64,000 nucleotides of DNA from an uncultured Anaerolineales bacterium (GCA_964588925.1 CAZPTI010000004.1:633-64632), one strand, 5' to 3'. Shown: positions 1-9,913, counted from the stretch's first letter. Program-made: numbers and translations. The notes: a model not told the origin generated them from the sequence alone.

Positions 1-127
1 TGACGAGGTCCTCGCAGGTCTGCGCCACCGCGCCGACCACGGCGGAAGCGGGCCGCGCTGCGGCGATGAGCGCGCCGAAGATGGCCGCGATCAGCAGCAG
101 GCAAAGGATTCGCCATCGAGTGGGCAT
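1..127 (-). CDS. partial CDS (N-terminus only) of a secreted or membrane protein
   Basis: Minus-strand ATG at 127 reads MPTRWRILCLLLIAAIFGALIAAARPASAVVGAV..., a signal-peptide-like start. It runs off the left edge. Confidence 0.35.
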   Translation of the reverse strand, partial: MPTRWRILCLLLIAAIFGALIAAARPASAVVGAVAQTCEDLV

Positions 128-255
128 TCAGTTCCTCGCTCCCCTATGGGCGACACATGGCGGCGCAGCCGAAAGTTCGGGACATATCGCCAATTATAGC
201 GCGATTCATTTGCCGCGGCAACGAGCAATTGACCCTGTTTCACGGGACGTGTATA

Positions 256-1248
256 ATGAACGACGCAATGAACGCAACGGCCTCCGGCTGCCCCGATCTC
301 GCCATTGTTATTGTAAATTACAACACGAGCGCCTTGCTGCGCGATTGCTTACGTTCCGTCTTCGACAGCGAGCTTGACATGGCGCGCCTGCCTTCCGGCG
401 AAACCTCACCACAGCCCCGCCTGTTGAGTATAGACGTCTGCGTGGTCGATAACGACTCGCCTGACGACAGCGTCGCGATGGTGCGCCGCGAATTTCCGCA
501 GGTCAAGGTGATCGCGAACACCGGCAACGTGGGCTACCCGGCGGGCAACAACCAGGGCTTGCGGCTCTACGGCTTCGGCGACCCGGGCCGAAGCGCCGAC
601 CAGCTCCCGCGTTACGCCCTGCTGCTCAACCCCGACACGAAGCTGCCGCCCGATGCGCTGGCGAAAATGGTCGCGTTCATAGAGCGCACCCCGGCCGCGG
701 GCGTTGCGGGGCCGCGCCTGGTCCGCCTCGACGGTTCGCTCGACAAGGCCTGCCGCCGCTCCTTCCCCACGCCCGAAGTCTCGCTCTACCACATGCTCTA
801 CCTCGACCGGCTCTTCCCGAACAGCCGCCGCTTTGCGCGCTACAACCTGACCTTCCAGGATGAGCATCAGGTGGCAAGGGTGGAGGCCATCGTCGGCGCG
901 TTCATGCTGGTGCGCGCGGAGGCCATCCAGGGGGCCGGCCTGCTCGATGAGACCTTCTTCATGTACGGCGAGGACCTGGACTGGGCCAAGCGCATCACGG
1001 ACGCGGGCTGGGAGGTGTGGTATTACCCGAAGGTGACGGTGCTCCACGTCAAGGAGGCCGCCAGCCGCGCGTCGCTCAAGGCGCGCCGCGAGTTCTACCG
1101 CGCCATGAACGTCTTCTACGACAAGCACTACCGCGCGGACACCCCCTTCTGGCTCGACTGGCTGATCCGGGGCGGGGTCGCCCTTGTGGGCGCGCTTGAC
1201 CTCACCGCGCGGCGGCTGCGCGGCCAGTACGCACGGAGCGCGTCATGA
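256..1248 (+). CDS. family 2 glycosyltransferase
   Basis: ORF 157..1248. GT2 N-terminal signature LAIVIVNYNTSALLRDCLRSV and acidic VVDNDSPDDS. ATG at 256 gives a typical short N-terminus; ATG at 157 is the alternative. Confidence 0.85.
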   Translation: MNDAMNATASGCPDLAIVIVNYNTSALLRDCLRSVFDSELDMARLPSGETSPQPRLLSIDVCVVDNDSPDDSVAMVRREFPQVKVIANTGNVGYPAGNNQGLRLYGFGDPGRSADQLPRYALLLNPDTKLPPDALAKMVAFIERTPAAGVAGPRLVRLDGSLDKACRRSFPTPEVSLYHMLYLDRLFPNSRRFARYNLTFQDEHQVARVEAIVGAFMLVRAEAIQGAGLLDETFFMYGEDLDWAKRITDAGWEVWYYPKVTVLHVKEAASRASLKARREFYRAMNVFYDKHYRADTPFWLDWLIRGGVALVGALDLTARRLRGQYARSAS

Positions 1249-2630
1249 AGCGGGCGCGCGTGCTCTACGGCCTGAGCCTCGTCGCGGTCGACTTCGCGAT
1301 GAGCATCCTGGCGTTCTTCATCGCCTACCTGCTGCGGCGCTGGACGCTCGACAGGGACATCGGCCCGTTCACCGACTACCTCACCCTTGCGGCGATTCAG
1401 GCCGTCAGCACCGTCCTCGTCTTCTTCTTCTACAAGTTCTACCACCGGCGCCATGCCGCCCTGCTGCTAGACGAAATCTACCGCCTCGTCGGCGCGGTGT
1501 CTGTCGCGACGCTGATCACCGTCGCGTTCATCACCTTCGCATTGCGCGACCAGTTGGAGTTTCAGCGCGGCATGATGCTGCTCGCCTGGGCGGTCGAGCT
1601 CGTCACCATCACGTTCGGCCGCGCGATTCACGGCCGCGTCCACCGCTGGTTGCAGCGCAGGGGCGTCGGCGCGGAGCGCGTGCTGATCGTCGGCACGGGC
1701 GAAGTCGGGCGTATGATCCTGCAGAAGATGCAGCAGACACCCGGCCTGGGCTATCAGGTGGTCGGCTTTGCCGACACCAACGGCGCGGGGCCGGAGAAGG
1801 TGATGGGCCTGCCCGTGCTCGGCCATATCGAGACGCTGCCACGGGTGATCGAAGACAAGAACATCGAGGAAGTCATCATCGGCCTGCCCGAGGCGACGCA
1901 CCAGGAGCTTGTCGGCATCATCTCGCAGTGCGAGCGCGAAAAGGTGAGCATCCGCGTCTTCCCCGACGTCTTCCAGATCATGGCGTCCGAGGTGACGATC
2001 AGCGACCTCGCCGGGCTGCCCCTGCTGACGATTCGCGATGTGGCCCTGCGCGGCTGGAAGCTCACCCTGAAGCGCATCGTGGACATCCTCGTCAGCAGCG
2101 CGTTTTTGATCCTCATCTCGCCGCTCATGCTGCTGACCGCCATCATGATCAAGCTGGATTCGCCCGGCCCGGTCTTCTTCGTGCAGGAGCGCATGGGGCT
2201 GGACGCGAAGCCGTTCAAGATGCTCAAATTCCGTTCGATGCGCGCGGACGCGGAGCGCCTCGGCAACTGGACGACGAAGGACGATCCGCGCCGCACCCGC
2301 ATCGGCGCATTCCTCCGCAAAACCTCCATCGACGAGCTGCCGCAGTTCATCAACGTGCTCATGGGCGACATGAGCCTCGTCGGCCCCCGCCCCGAACAGC
2401 CCTCCTACGTCGAGCAGTTCCGCCAGAGCATCCCGCGCTACATGGAGCGGCACCGCGAGAAGGCCGGCATCACCGGATGGGCGCAAATCAACGGCCTGCG
2501 CGGCGACACCTCCATCGCCGAGCGGACGAAGTACGACCTGTGGTATATCGAGAACTGGTCGCTGTGGCTGGATTTCAAGATTTTGATTCGGACGGGGCTG
2601 AAAGCGCTGTTTGATAAAGCAGCCTATTGA
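1245..2630 (+). CDS. polyprenyl-phosphate glycosyl-1-phosphate transferase (WbaP/EPS priming sugar transferase family)
   Basis: 461 aa. N-terminal TM helices, Rossmann-like VLIVGTGEVG, and a C-terminal bacterial sugar-transferase domain (KFRSM, DELPQFINVLMGDMSLVGPRP). ATGA overlap with the upstream stop at 1245-1248. Confidence 0.9.
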   Translation: MKRARVLYGLSLVAVDFAMSILAFFIAYLLRRWTLDRDIGPFTDYLTLAAIQAVSTVLVFFFYKFYHRRHAALLLDEIYRLVGAVSVATLITVAFITFALRDQLEFQRGMMLLAWAVELVTITFGRAIHGRVHRWLQRRGVGAERVLIVGTGEVGRMILQKMQQTPGLGYQVVGFADTNGAGPEKVMGLPVLGHIETLPRVIEDKNIEEVIIGLPEATHQELVGIISQCEREKVSIRVFPDVFQIMASEVTISDLAGLPLLTIRDVALRGWKLTLKRIVDILVSSAFLILISPLMLLTAIMIKLDSPGPVFFVQERMGLDAKPFKMLKFRSMRADAERLGNWTTKDDPRRTRIGAFLRKTSIDELPQFINVLMGDMSLVGPRPEQPSYVEQFRQSIPRYMERHREKAGITGWAQINGLRGDTSIAERTKYDLWYIENWSLWLDFKILIRTGLKALFDKAAY

Positions 2631-2666
2631 GCAGCCAGAGCTGTTTCCCTCTTTATCGTTTGGCGG

Positions 2667-2701
2667 AACCGGGTTTCCACACGGAAACCCGGTTTCTTTT
2701 T
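2667..2701 (+). terminator. rho-independent terminator
   Basis: AACCGGGTTTCC-ACAC-GGAAACCCGGTT (12-bp perfect stem) followed by TCTTTTT. Confidence 0.8.
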
Positions 2702-2728
2702 GACACCCCCGCCCCTTCATGCTATGAT
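2700..2728 (+). promoter_or_regulatory. sigma-70-type promoter of hrcA operon
   Basis: TTGACA (2700-2705), 17-nt spacer, TATGAT (2723-2728), directly upstream of CIRCE. Confidence 0.6.
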
Positions 2729-2741
2729 TTTCCTCGTTCGT

Positions 2742-2768
2742 TTAGCACTCTCGAATAACGAGTGCTAA
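2742..2768 (+). promoter_or_regulatory. CIRCE operator (HrcA binding site)
   Basis: TTAGCACTC-TCGAATAAC-GAGTGCTAA is an exact match to the CIRCE consensus TTAGCACTC-N9-GAGTGCTAA. An extra half-site AGAGTGCTAAG follows at 2769-2779. Confidence 0.95.
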
Positions 2769-2812
2769 AGAGTGCTAAGAGTCACGCGAGTGCCAGCGTT
2801 TTGAGGGATGTA

Positions 2813-3910
2813 ATGAACCCGGACATGACCCCACGGAGACAGGCCGTCCTCGGCCTGATCATCCGCTCGTACATCGAGCGGGGGATGCCGGTTGGGTCGA
2901 AGACGTTCGTGCAGTCGTACGGATTGGACATTAGCCCCGCGACCATCCGCAACGAGATGGCCGCGCTCGAAGAGATGGGCTACCTGACCCATCCGCACAC
3001 CTCCGCCGGCCGCATCCCCACTGAGGCGGGCTACCGCTATTTCGTCGAGCACCTGCTTGGCGAGACCGAGCTGCCGCTGCCCGAACAGCGCATGATCAGC
3101 CACCAGTTCCACCAGGCCCAGCTTGAGCTGGACCAGTGGGTGCGGCTGGCTGTGGCCGTGCTGGCGCACACCACGCGCAAGGCCGCGCTGGCAACGCCCC
3201 CGCGCGCGCATCAAAGCCGCTTCAAGCATCTGGAACTCATCAGCCTGCGCGACACCGTTGTGCTGCTCGTGCTCGTCTTAATGGGCGGCACGGTGAAGCA
3301 GCAGATGCTCACCCTGGACGAAGTGATCGAGCAGGAGGCGCTGAGTCGGCTGTCGAACGAGATGAACGACCGCTTAAAAGGCGCGCGCGCGTCGCAAATT
3401 GAGGCCGAAGCGCGCAAGTTGAGCGAGTCGAACCGCGAGGTGGGGCGCTTCGTCGCGCGCGTGGTCAGCCAGACCATGACTGCGGTCGACCGGCAGGGCG
3501 ACGATGCGCTGTACCGCGACGGTCTGCTGCACATCCTGGAGGAGCCGGAGTTCGCGCTCGGCCCCCAGGCGCGCAACATCGCGCAAGTGATCGAAGGCCC
3601 GTCGCTGACGAACATCGTTGCAACCGCCGCGCCGGTGCAGGTGGGCGGTGTGCAGGTGCTCATCGGCGGCGAGGGGCGCTGGCACGAGTTCGCGGACCTG
3701 GCGCTGGTCCTTTCGCGCTACGGCGTGGAGGGCGGCGCAAGCGGCCTGCTCGGCGTGGTGGGGCCGTTGAGAATGACATACGACCGCACGATCGGCGCGG
3801 TGCGCTACGTGGCGGGATTAATGAGCGACCTGGTCGGCGATTGGTATGGGGCAGGCGACCGGGCGGAAGGAGCGCAGGAAGGGAATGAACGAGAAGGATC
3901 AGATGAATGA
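2813..3910 (+). CDS. hrcA: heat-inducible transcription repressor HrcA
   Basis: ORF 2762..3910. HrcA-like N-terminus RQAVLGLIIRSYIERGMPVGSKT. Sits between CIRCE and grpE-dnaK. ATG 2813 or 2825 is the likely start, because the ORF start at 2762 lies inside CIRCE. Confidence 0.9.
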   Translation: MNPDMTPRRQAVLGLIIRSYIERGMPVGSKTFVQSYGLDISPATIRNEMAALEEMGYLTHPHTSAGRIPTEAGYRYFVEHLLGETELPLPEQRMISHQFHQAQLELDQWVRLAVAVLAHTTRKAALATPPRAHQSRFKHLELISLRDTVVLLVLVLMGGTVKQQMLTLDEVIEQEALSRLSNEMNDRLKGARASQIEAEARKLSESNREVGRFVARVVSQTMTAVDRQGDDALYRDGLLHILEEPEFALGPQARNIAQVIEGPSLTNIVATAAPVQVGGVQVLIGGEGRWHEFADLALVLSRYGVEGGASGLLGVVGPLRMTYDRTIGAVRYVAGLMSDLVGDWYGAGDRAEGAQEGNEREGSDE

Positions 3911-4415
3911 GACTGCTAAGGACGGCGCGACGCAGGCGGGCGGGGAGAGCCTGACCGACCTCGAACAGAAGCTGGCGCAGGCGGAAGCGCAGGCGGCCGA
4001 GTATCTCGACAACTGGCGCCGCTCGGTGGCTGAGCTGAGCAATGCGCGCAAGCGCATGGCGCGCGAGCAGGAGGAGACCATCCGCAACGCGGCCGGCCGC
4101 GTGCTGGAGCGCCTGCTGCCCGTGCTGGACGACATGGATCGCGCCTTCGCGAACGTCCCGGCCGAGCAGGCAAACAGCGAGTGGGTCAACGGCTTCCGCA
4201 TGATCCAGCGCAAGCTCGAAGGCGTGCTGGAGAGCGAGGGCGTGACGCCCATCGCAGCCGTGGGCGAGCGTTTCGATCCGCACCAGCACTACGCGGTGAC
4301 GCACGAGGAAGCGGACGGGCTGGCAGAAGGTCAGATTATTGCCGAGGTCGCGCGGGGCTACAAGCTCGGCGACAAGGTGTTGCGCCCGAGCATGGTGCGC
4401 GTCGCTAAGGGCTAA
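3885..4415 (+). CDS. grpE: nucleotide exchange factor GrpE
   Basis: Coiled-coil N-terminus, then the GrpE core (LLPVLDDMDRA, FDPHQHYAV, GYKLGDKVLRPSMVRV). Start ambiguous among ATG 3846, 3885 and 3903. Overlaps the hrcA stop. Confidence 0.85.
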   Translation: MNEKDQMNETAKDGATQAGGESLTDLEQKLAQAEAQAAEYLDNWRRSVAELSNARKRMAREQEETIRNAAGRVLERLLPVLDDMDRAFANVPAEQANSEWVNGFRMIQRKLEGVLESEGVTPIAAVGERFDPHQHYAVTHEEADGLAEGQIIAEVARGYKLGDKVLRPSMVRVAKG

Positions 4416-4430
4416 CAGAGGAGTCACACC

Positions 4431-6356
4431 ATGAGCAAAATCGTCGGCATCGACCTGGGCACCACGAACTCCGTGGTTGCGGTGATGGAAGGCGGGGAGC
4501 CGGTCGTCATCCCGAGCGCGGAAGGGTCGCGCCTCTTCCCCTCCGTCGTCGCCATCAACCCGAAGAACAACGAGCGGCTGGTCGGCCAGGTGGCGCGGCG
4601 CCAGTCCATCACCAACCCGGACAACACTATCTTCTCCGTTAAGCGCCTGATGGGCCGGCGATTCACCGACCCCGAGGTCGCGAAGGCGCGCAAGGTGCTG
4701 CCTTACAAGATCGTCGAGCACTCCAATGGCGACGCGTGGGTCGTTATGGGCGGTCGCGACTACAGCCCGCCCGAGATTTCGGCCATGATCCTGCAGAAGC
4801 TCAAGGCCGACGCGGAAGCCTATCTGGGCGAGCCGGTGACTCAGGCGGTGATTACCGTCCCGGCCTACTTCAACGATAACCAGCGCCAGGCCACCAAGGA
4901 CGCGGGTCGCATCGCCGGCCTTGAAGTGCTGCGCATCATCAACGAGCCGACCGCCAGCGCGCTCGCCTACGGCCTCGACAAAAAGGTGGACCAGCGGATC
5001 GTCGTGTACGACCTGGGCGGCGGCACGTTCGACGTGTCGATCCTCGATGTGGGCGACGGCGTCTTCGAGGTGCTCAGCACCAACGGCGACACCTTCCTCG
5101 GCGGCGACGACTTCGACCAGCGCATCATCAACTGGGTGGCCGACGAGTTCAAGCGCGAGAGCGGCATCGACTTGCGCTCCGACCGCATGGCCCTCCAGCG
5201 CCTCAAGGAAGCGGCGGAGAAGGCGAAGATCGAGCTGTCGACGGTCATGCAGACGGAGATCAACCTGCCGTTCATCACCGCCGACGCCAGCGGGCCGAAA
5301 CATCTCCAGATGAACCTGACGCGCTCGAAGCTGGAGCAGCTCGTCGGCGACCTGATCGACCGGACCATCGAGCCGTGCCGGCAGGCGTTGAACGACGCGA
5401 AGCTCAAGCCGGATCAGATCGGCGAGGTGGTGCTGGTGGGCGGCATGACACGCATGCCCGCGGTGCAGGAAGCGGTCCGCCGCTTCTTCGGCCGCGAGCC
5501 GCACAAGGGCGTCAACCCGGACGAGGTCGTCGCCATCGGCGCGGCGATTCAGGCCGGCGTGCTCGGCGGACAGGTCAAGGACATCCTCCTGCTCGACGTG
5601 ACCCCGCTGACCCTGTCCATCGAGACGCTCGGCGGCGTCGCAACGCCCATGATCGAGCGCAACACGACCATCCCGACGAAGAAGACGCAGGTTTTTTCGA
5701 CCGCGGCCGACATGCAGACCGAGGTCGAGATCGTCATCTCGCAGGGTGAGCGGCAGATGGCGCGCGACAACAAGGTGCTCGGCACCTTCCGGCTGCAGGG
5801 CATTCCGCCCGCGCCGCGCGGCATCCCGCAGATCGAGGTCACGTTCGACATCGACCGTGACGGTATCCTGCATGTCAGCGCGAAGGACAAGGCCACCGGC
5901 CGCGAGCAGAGCATCAAGATCACCGCATCGAGCGGGCTGGCGAAGGACGAAGTCGACCAGATGGTGAAGGACGCCGAGCGCCACGTCGAAGAAGACCGCA
6001 AGCGCAAGGCCGACATTGAGGCGCGTAACCGCGCTGACAACGCGCACTACCAGGTGCAGAAGTTCCTCCAGGACAACGGCGACAAACTGGCCGACGCGGA
6101 CAAGCGGGAGTTGCAGGAGCAGATGGACGCGCTCAAGACCGCGTTGGACCGCAACGCCAGCGCGGATGAGCTGGAGCCTGCGACCAACAGCCTGATGAAG
6201 GCGTGGGAGCAGGTCGGCGCAAAGATGTATCAGCAGACCGGCGGCGCGCCGGGCGGCATGTCGGGTGACGGCGGCGCTCCCGGCGGGCAGCAGGGTCCTC
6301 AGAACGGTGCGCCGGGCGGCGAGGACGTCGTCGACGGCGAATACCGGACGATGTAA
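4431..6356 (+). CDS. dnaK: molecular chaperone DnaK (Hsp70)
   Basis: 641 aa. Hsp70 signatures [38 protein letters not shown] upstream. Confidence 0.98.
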   Translation: MSKIVGIDLGTTNSVVAVMEGGEPVVIPSAEGSRLFPSVVAINPKNNERLVGQVARRQSITNPDNTIFSVKRLMGRRFTDPEVAKARKVLPYKIVEHSNGDAWVVMGGRDYSPPEISAMILQKLKADAEAYLGEPVTQAVITVPAYFNDNQRQATKDAGRIAGLEVLRIINEPTASALAYGLDKKVDQRIVVYDLGGGTFDVSILDVGDGVFEVLSTNGDTFLGGDDFDQRIINWVADEFKRESGIDLRSDRMALQRLKEAAEKAKIELSTVMQTEINLPFITADASGPKHLQMNLTRSKLEQLVGDLIDRTIEPCRQALNDAKLKPDQIGEVVLVGGMTRMPAVQEAVRRFFGREPHKGVNPDEVVAIGAAIQAGVLGGQVKDILLLDVTPLTLSIETLGGVATPMIERNTTIPTKKTQVFSTAADMQTEVEIVISQGERQMARDNKVLGTFRLQGIPPAPRGIPQIEVTFDIDRDGILHVSAKDKATGREQSIKITASSGLAKDEVDQMVKDAERHVEEDRKRKADIEARNRADNAHYQVQKFLQDNGDKLADADKRELQEQMDALKTALDRNASADELEPATNSLMKAWEQVGAKMYQQTGGAPGGMSGDGGAPGGQQGPQNGAPGGEDVVDGEYRTM

Positions 6357-6370
6357 CAAAGGCAAACCTG

Positions 6371-6404
6371 ACCGGCAAGGGAAACACTCCCTTGCCGGTT
6401 TTGT
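6371..6404 (+). terminator. rho-independent terminator after dnaK
   Basis: ACCGGCAAGGGA-AACAC-TCCCTTGCCGGT followed by TTTGT. Confidence 0.8.
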
Positions 6405-6470
6405 ATCGTTAGTTGCGTTCTGCCTGGAAATTAATAATATCAATTTTAACTTTAATTATCATTCATCCTC

Positions 6471-6499
6471 TTGACAAAAAGTAAAAGCAGTCGTATACT
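6471..6499 (+). promoter_or_regulatory. near-consensus sigma-70 promoter with AT-rich UP-like region
   Basis: TTGACA (6471-6476), 17-nt spacer, TATACT (6494-6499). An unusually AT-rich stretch lies at 6428-6465. GGGAG RBS and ATG at 6527 follow. Confidence 0.7.
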
Positions 6500-6526
6500 C
6501 CCGTCGAAAGAAGGGAGCGGACGATC

Positions 6527-6919
6527 ATGCGCACAGCACCTAGCCTCTGCCCCGTTTGCGGCGACAAGCTCGCCGTGGCGCGGCTGCATTGTCCCAATTG
6601 CGACACGTCCATCGAAGGGCGTTTTCAGCCGTCGCGGCTCGAACAGCTTGGCCCCGAGCATCGCGCGTTCGTCGAGTTGTTCGTCCGCTGCGAAGGCAAG
6701 CTGAACTGGGTCGCGCAGGAACTCAAACTCTCCTACCCTACGGTCCGCGCGCGGCTGGACGACGTGATCCGCGCGATGGGCTACGAGGTCAAGGAGATGC
6801 CGCCCGCCGAGGAGAAGCAGCGGCAGGCCGAGCAGCGCCAGGCCGTGCTTGACGAGTTGGCCGCAGGCAAGATCGCGCCCGCGGATGCGGTGCGCCAGTT
6901 GCAGGCGCTCCAGCAATGA
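6527..6919 (+). CDS. DUF2089-like zinc-ribbon/HTH protein
   Basis: 130 aa. CPVCGDKL...CPNCDTS zinc ribbon followed by an HTH-like LKLSYPTVRARLDDV. Family assignment is from memory of DUF2089. Confidence 0.75.
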   Translation: MRTAPSLCPVCGDKLAVARLHCPNCDTSIEGRFQPSRLEQLGPEHRAFVELFVRCEGKLNWVAQELKLSYPTVRARLDDVIRAMGYEVKEMPPAEEKQRQAEQRQAVLDELAAGKIAPADAVRQLQALQQ

Positions 6920-8424
6920 GCGGGTCCCGGTGGCAGTCCGCCTTGCGGCGACTGCGCGGCGAATCCGAGCCGGAGCCGCGAACGGCAGCCGGCGGAGGGC
7001 CGGAGCTTGAGAAGCGGCTGGACGAGTTGGATGCGGTCGTCGAAAAGGTCGCGCCGCCGGCGGACGAAATGCCGCTTGAGCCGCGGGAAGCGGTCGAGCA
7101 GAGCCATGATGAGAAGGCGCGCGTTGCGACTGCGCCCCCACGCATTTACGGGGAGTATGATATGGGTGACAGATTAACCTGCCCGGCGGAGGGCATTACC
7201 GAACTCGTGATCGAAACCCTCGCGGACGATGCGCGCATCCGCCTCACGCCCGACACGGGTGAGATTCGCGTCGCAGTGGAGAGCGACGGGTGGGACTCGG
7301 CGCAACTCGTTGTGGAGGGGGAGCGCGCGCGGCTGATCGGTGGAACTGCGGAGCGCGTCGAGGTGCCGACTGGCATCGCCATCTCCGTCGACGAGGCGCT
7401 GGGCGACGTGCGCGTGCGCGGGCTGGACGCAACGCTGCGCTTCCGCGCGGTGGAGGGCGACCTGCGGCTGGAGAACATTACCGGCCGCGTCGAGGTGGAG
7501 CGCGTCCACGCCGATGCCCTGGTCGACGACGTGGCCGCGCTGCGCATCGGTAGCTGCGCGGGTGATCTGCGCTTCAGCGGCGGTGAGTTGGAAGTCGAAA
7601 CTATCGCTGGCGACGCGCGCATCGAGCGGGCGACGAGCTTTCGCGGCGCGAAAGTCCACGGCGACCTGTGGGTCGACCGGGTGGAGGGCGATCTGGAGCT
7701 GGGCGTGGTTCACGGCGACGCGCGGCTCGGTGAGGTGGGCGGCGCGGCCACGCTTGGCCTCGTGGCGGGCGACCTGCGCGCGTCGAACATGCGAGGCGGG
7801 CTGACGGCCGGCCAGACGCACGGCGACGCGCAGTTGGATGGCCCCTTCCCCGGCAGCAGCTACACGGTCACTGCGAATGGCGACGTGGACATCCGGTTGG
7901 CCGCGGAGGATGACGTGCGGCTCTCGGTCCGCGCGCTTGGTCGCATCCGCTCGAACCTGTCGCTGATCCCGAATGCTGACGGCACGCCCTCCTTCACCGC
8001 CACACTCGGCGAAGGCAAGACAGGCGTTACCATCACGTGCAACGGCGACCTGCGCATCGATGCGGCCGGCCGCGGGGATGCGAAGCGCAACTGGGAGAAG
8101 CGGTGGGGGTCGGGCGGCGATCCCTTTGCGGACCTGAGCGGCCTCGGCGACCGCATCCGCCAGCAGGTGAGCGCGTCGCTGGCCGCAGCGGGCATTAACC
8201 CGGAGACGGGCGAGTTCAACTTCAGCTTCGGTCCGGGCAAGGTGCGCGGGGGCCGCGGTCGTGGGCCAACGCCCGAGCCGCCGCGCCCGCCTACGCCGCC
8301 AACACCGCCTCAGCCGCCGCGCGCCACTATGAGTAGCGAGCAAATGGCGGTGCTCAAGATGCTGGAAGAGGGGCGAATCACGACCGAGGAGGCCGATGCC
8401 CTCCTGCGCGCGCTTGGCGCTTGA
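6916..8424 (+). CDS. DUF4097-type beta-helical repeat protein with C-terminal SHOCT/LiaX-N-like motif
   Basis: 502 aa. Many GDLR/GDAR repeat turns (YvlB/LiaG-like putative adhesin fold), a Pro-rich linker, then MAVLKMLEEGRITTEEADALLRALGA. ATGA overlap at 6916-6919. Confidence 0.8.
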   Translation: MSGSRWQSALRRLRGESEPEPRTAAGGGPELEKRLDELDAVVEKVAPPADEMPLEPREAVEQSHDEKARVATAPPRIYGEYDMGDRLTCPAEGITELVIETLADDARIRLTPDTGEIRVAVESDGWDSAQLVVEGERARLIGGTAERVEVPTGIAISVDEALGDVRVRGLDATLRFRAVEGDLRLENITGRVEVERVHADALVDDVAALRIGSCAGDLRFSGGELEVETIAGDARIERATSFRGAKVHGDLWVDRVEGDLELGVVHGDARLGEVGGAATLGLVAGDLRASNMRGGLTAGQTHGDAQLDGPFPGSSYTVTANGDVDIRLAAEDDVRLSVRALGRIRSNLSLIPNADGTPSFTATLGEGKTGVTITCNGDLRIDAAGRGDAKRNWEKRWGSGGDPFADLSGLGDRIRQQVSASLAAAGINPETGEFNFSFGPGKVRGGRGRGPTPEPPRPPTPPTPPQPPRATMSSEQMAVLKMLEEGRITTEEADALLRALGA

Positions 8425-8489
8425 CTTGCGCCGTTTGTCGCTCTACACTAAGCGGCATACTGCAAGTTAACCTACGCGCAGGGGATGCC

Positions 8490-9500
8490 GTGTCCGCGAC
8501 CATTCTGACCCGTCCCGAGGCCCGCGACGGACCGCAGCCGTTCGATCCCGGTCGCCACATGCGCCAGGTGGCGAACCTGGTCGCGACCGTGTTTGCCGAC
8601 GAGCTGGATTCGCGCGGCCGCGGCGCGCTGCGCGAGATGCAGTTCGTCGGCCGGCTCAGCCCCATGCTCGGCGATACGTTGAGCATGGCCCTGTTCAACG
8701 AATACATCTCCGGGCACGTGTGGGTCGAGGGCGGGCAGGTCGTCGGGAACGTCACCTTGCAGAGCATGGATCAGGCAGGTTCACGCTGGCGCATCAGCAA
8801 TGTGGCCGTGCTGCCGAGCCATCGCCGTCGCGGCATTGCCCGCGCGCTGATGCTCGAATCGCTGCGAGAAGTGGCGCAGCGGCAGGGCAACTGGTCTGTT
8901 TTGCAGGTGCGCGCGGACAACGGCTCGGCGCACCAGCTTTATCTGTCGCTTGGGTTTTCCGACGTGGCGCGCGATGCTGTCTACCGGTTGCCCGCGCCAC
9001 CACTGAAGTTGGCTGAGCCTGACGTCCCGCTGGAGCCGTTGCGCCCCTTAACCGGCGGCGAGTTGCTCGACCTTGAGCGGGCGAGTCGATCTGCGCTGGC
9101 GCAGTGGGCGAGTCCCATCCGGGCGCAGGACCACCAGGTCGGCCTCGGCAAGGCGGTCGGCGAGTGGCTGGGCCGGCTAACGGGCTTCCACCGGGTTGAG
9201 CGATGGGGCGCCTGGGGCGACAAGATGTTGCTCGGCGCGGTGGAGACGCAGGCAAGCATGTCGAGCGACTTCTTCACCATGCGGCTGGCCGTGCGTCCGT
9301 CGGCGCGGGGCAAGCTGGAGAGCGCGCTGGTGGCGCGCGGGCTGCTGTCGCTGGCCGCCGCAGGCTCGTCCCCCGTGCTGATCGAGCACGACGGCGAGCA
9401 CACGGAAGCGACCGAGGCGCTGCTGAAAGCCGGTTTCAAGGCGCAGCGCGACCTGATCACCATGCGGCGCGCGATGAAGCCGCAGGACACGCAACTCTAA
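8490..9500 (+). CDS. GNAT family N-acetyltransferase (two-lobed)
   Basis: ORF 8421..9500 (TTG). In-frame GTG at 8490 or ATG at 8559 is more likely. Acetyl-CoA motif RRRGIARALMLESL. Confidence 0.8.
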   Translation: MSATILTRPEARDGPQPFDPGRHMRQVANLVATVFADELDSRGRGALREMQFVGRLSPMLGDTLSMALFNEYISGHVWVEGGQVVGNVTLQSMDQAGSRWRISNVAVLPSHRRRGIARALMLESLREVAQRQGNWSVLQVRADNGSAHQLYLSLGFSDVARDAVYRLPAPPLKLAEPDVPLEPLRPLTGGELLDLERASRSALAQWASPIRAQDHQVGLGKAVGEWLGRLTGFHRVERWGAWGDKMLLGAVETQASMSSDFFTMRLAVRPSARGKLESALVARGLLSLAAAGSSPVLIEHDGEHTEATEALLKAGFKAQRDLITMRRAMKPQDTQL

Positions 9501-9527
9501 GGGGTTGCATAGCTTTAGGAGTTACGG

Positions 9528-9896
9528 ATGGCAACGGCGGAAGAGCGGATGCGCATTCTCAAGATGATCTCGGACAAGCAAATCACGGCGGAGGAAGGCG
9601 CGCGGCTGCTCGAAGCGTTGCGATCCGGTGGAGTTGCGTCGCGGGACGATGCGAGCCGCCCAAAATGGCTGCGCGTAAAGGTCACTGACCGCCGCAGCGA
9701 GAAGGTCAAGCTGAACGTGACGATACCCGTGGGGCTGGTCGATGTGGGCCTGAAGATGGGCGCGCGCTTTGCGCCCGAGCTCGCCGGCATGGACAGCAAC
9801 GCGATTCAGTCTGCCCTGCGCGAGGGCGTCCGCGGCCGTATCCTCAGCGTGGATGACGACGGGGACGAGGAACGCGTCGAGATTTTTGTCGAGTAG
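9528..9896 (+). CDS. SHOCT-like / YvlB-LiaX N-terminal domain protein
   Basis: 122 aa. MRILKMISDKQITAEEGARLLEAL repeats the motif at the C-terminus of the 6916..8424 product. AGGAG RBS. Confidence 0.75.
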   Translation: MATAEERMRILKMISDKQITAEEGARLLEALRSGGVASRDDASRPKWLRVKVTDRRSEKVKLNVTIPVGLVDVGLKMGARFAPELAGMDSNAIQSALREGVRGRILSVDDDGDEERVEIFVE

Positions 9897-9913
9897 GCGA
9901 TAATCGCAAAAGC

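Noticed and set aside
1184-2614. 476-aa plus-strand ORF in an alternate frame of the sugar transferase gene
   Set aside because: The frame at 1245..2630 carries the conserved Bac_transf motifs. This frame is Arg/Pro/His-rich nonsense.
3660-6443. 927-aa minus-strand ORF spanning grpE-dnaK
   Set aside because: It is antisense to unmistakable grpE and dnaK genes. The product is Arg/Ala/Leu/His-rich low-complexity sequence typical of high-GC antisense frames.
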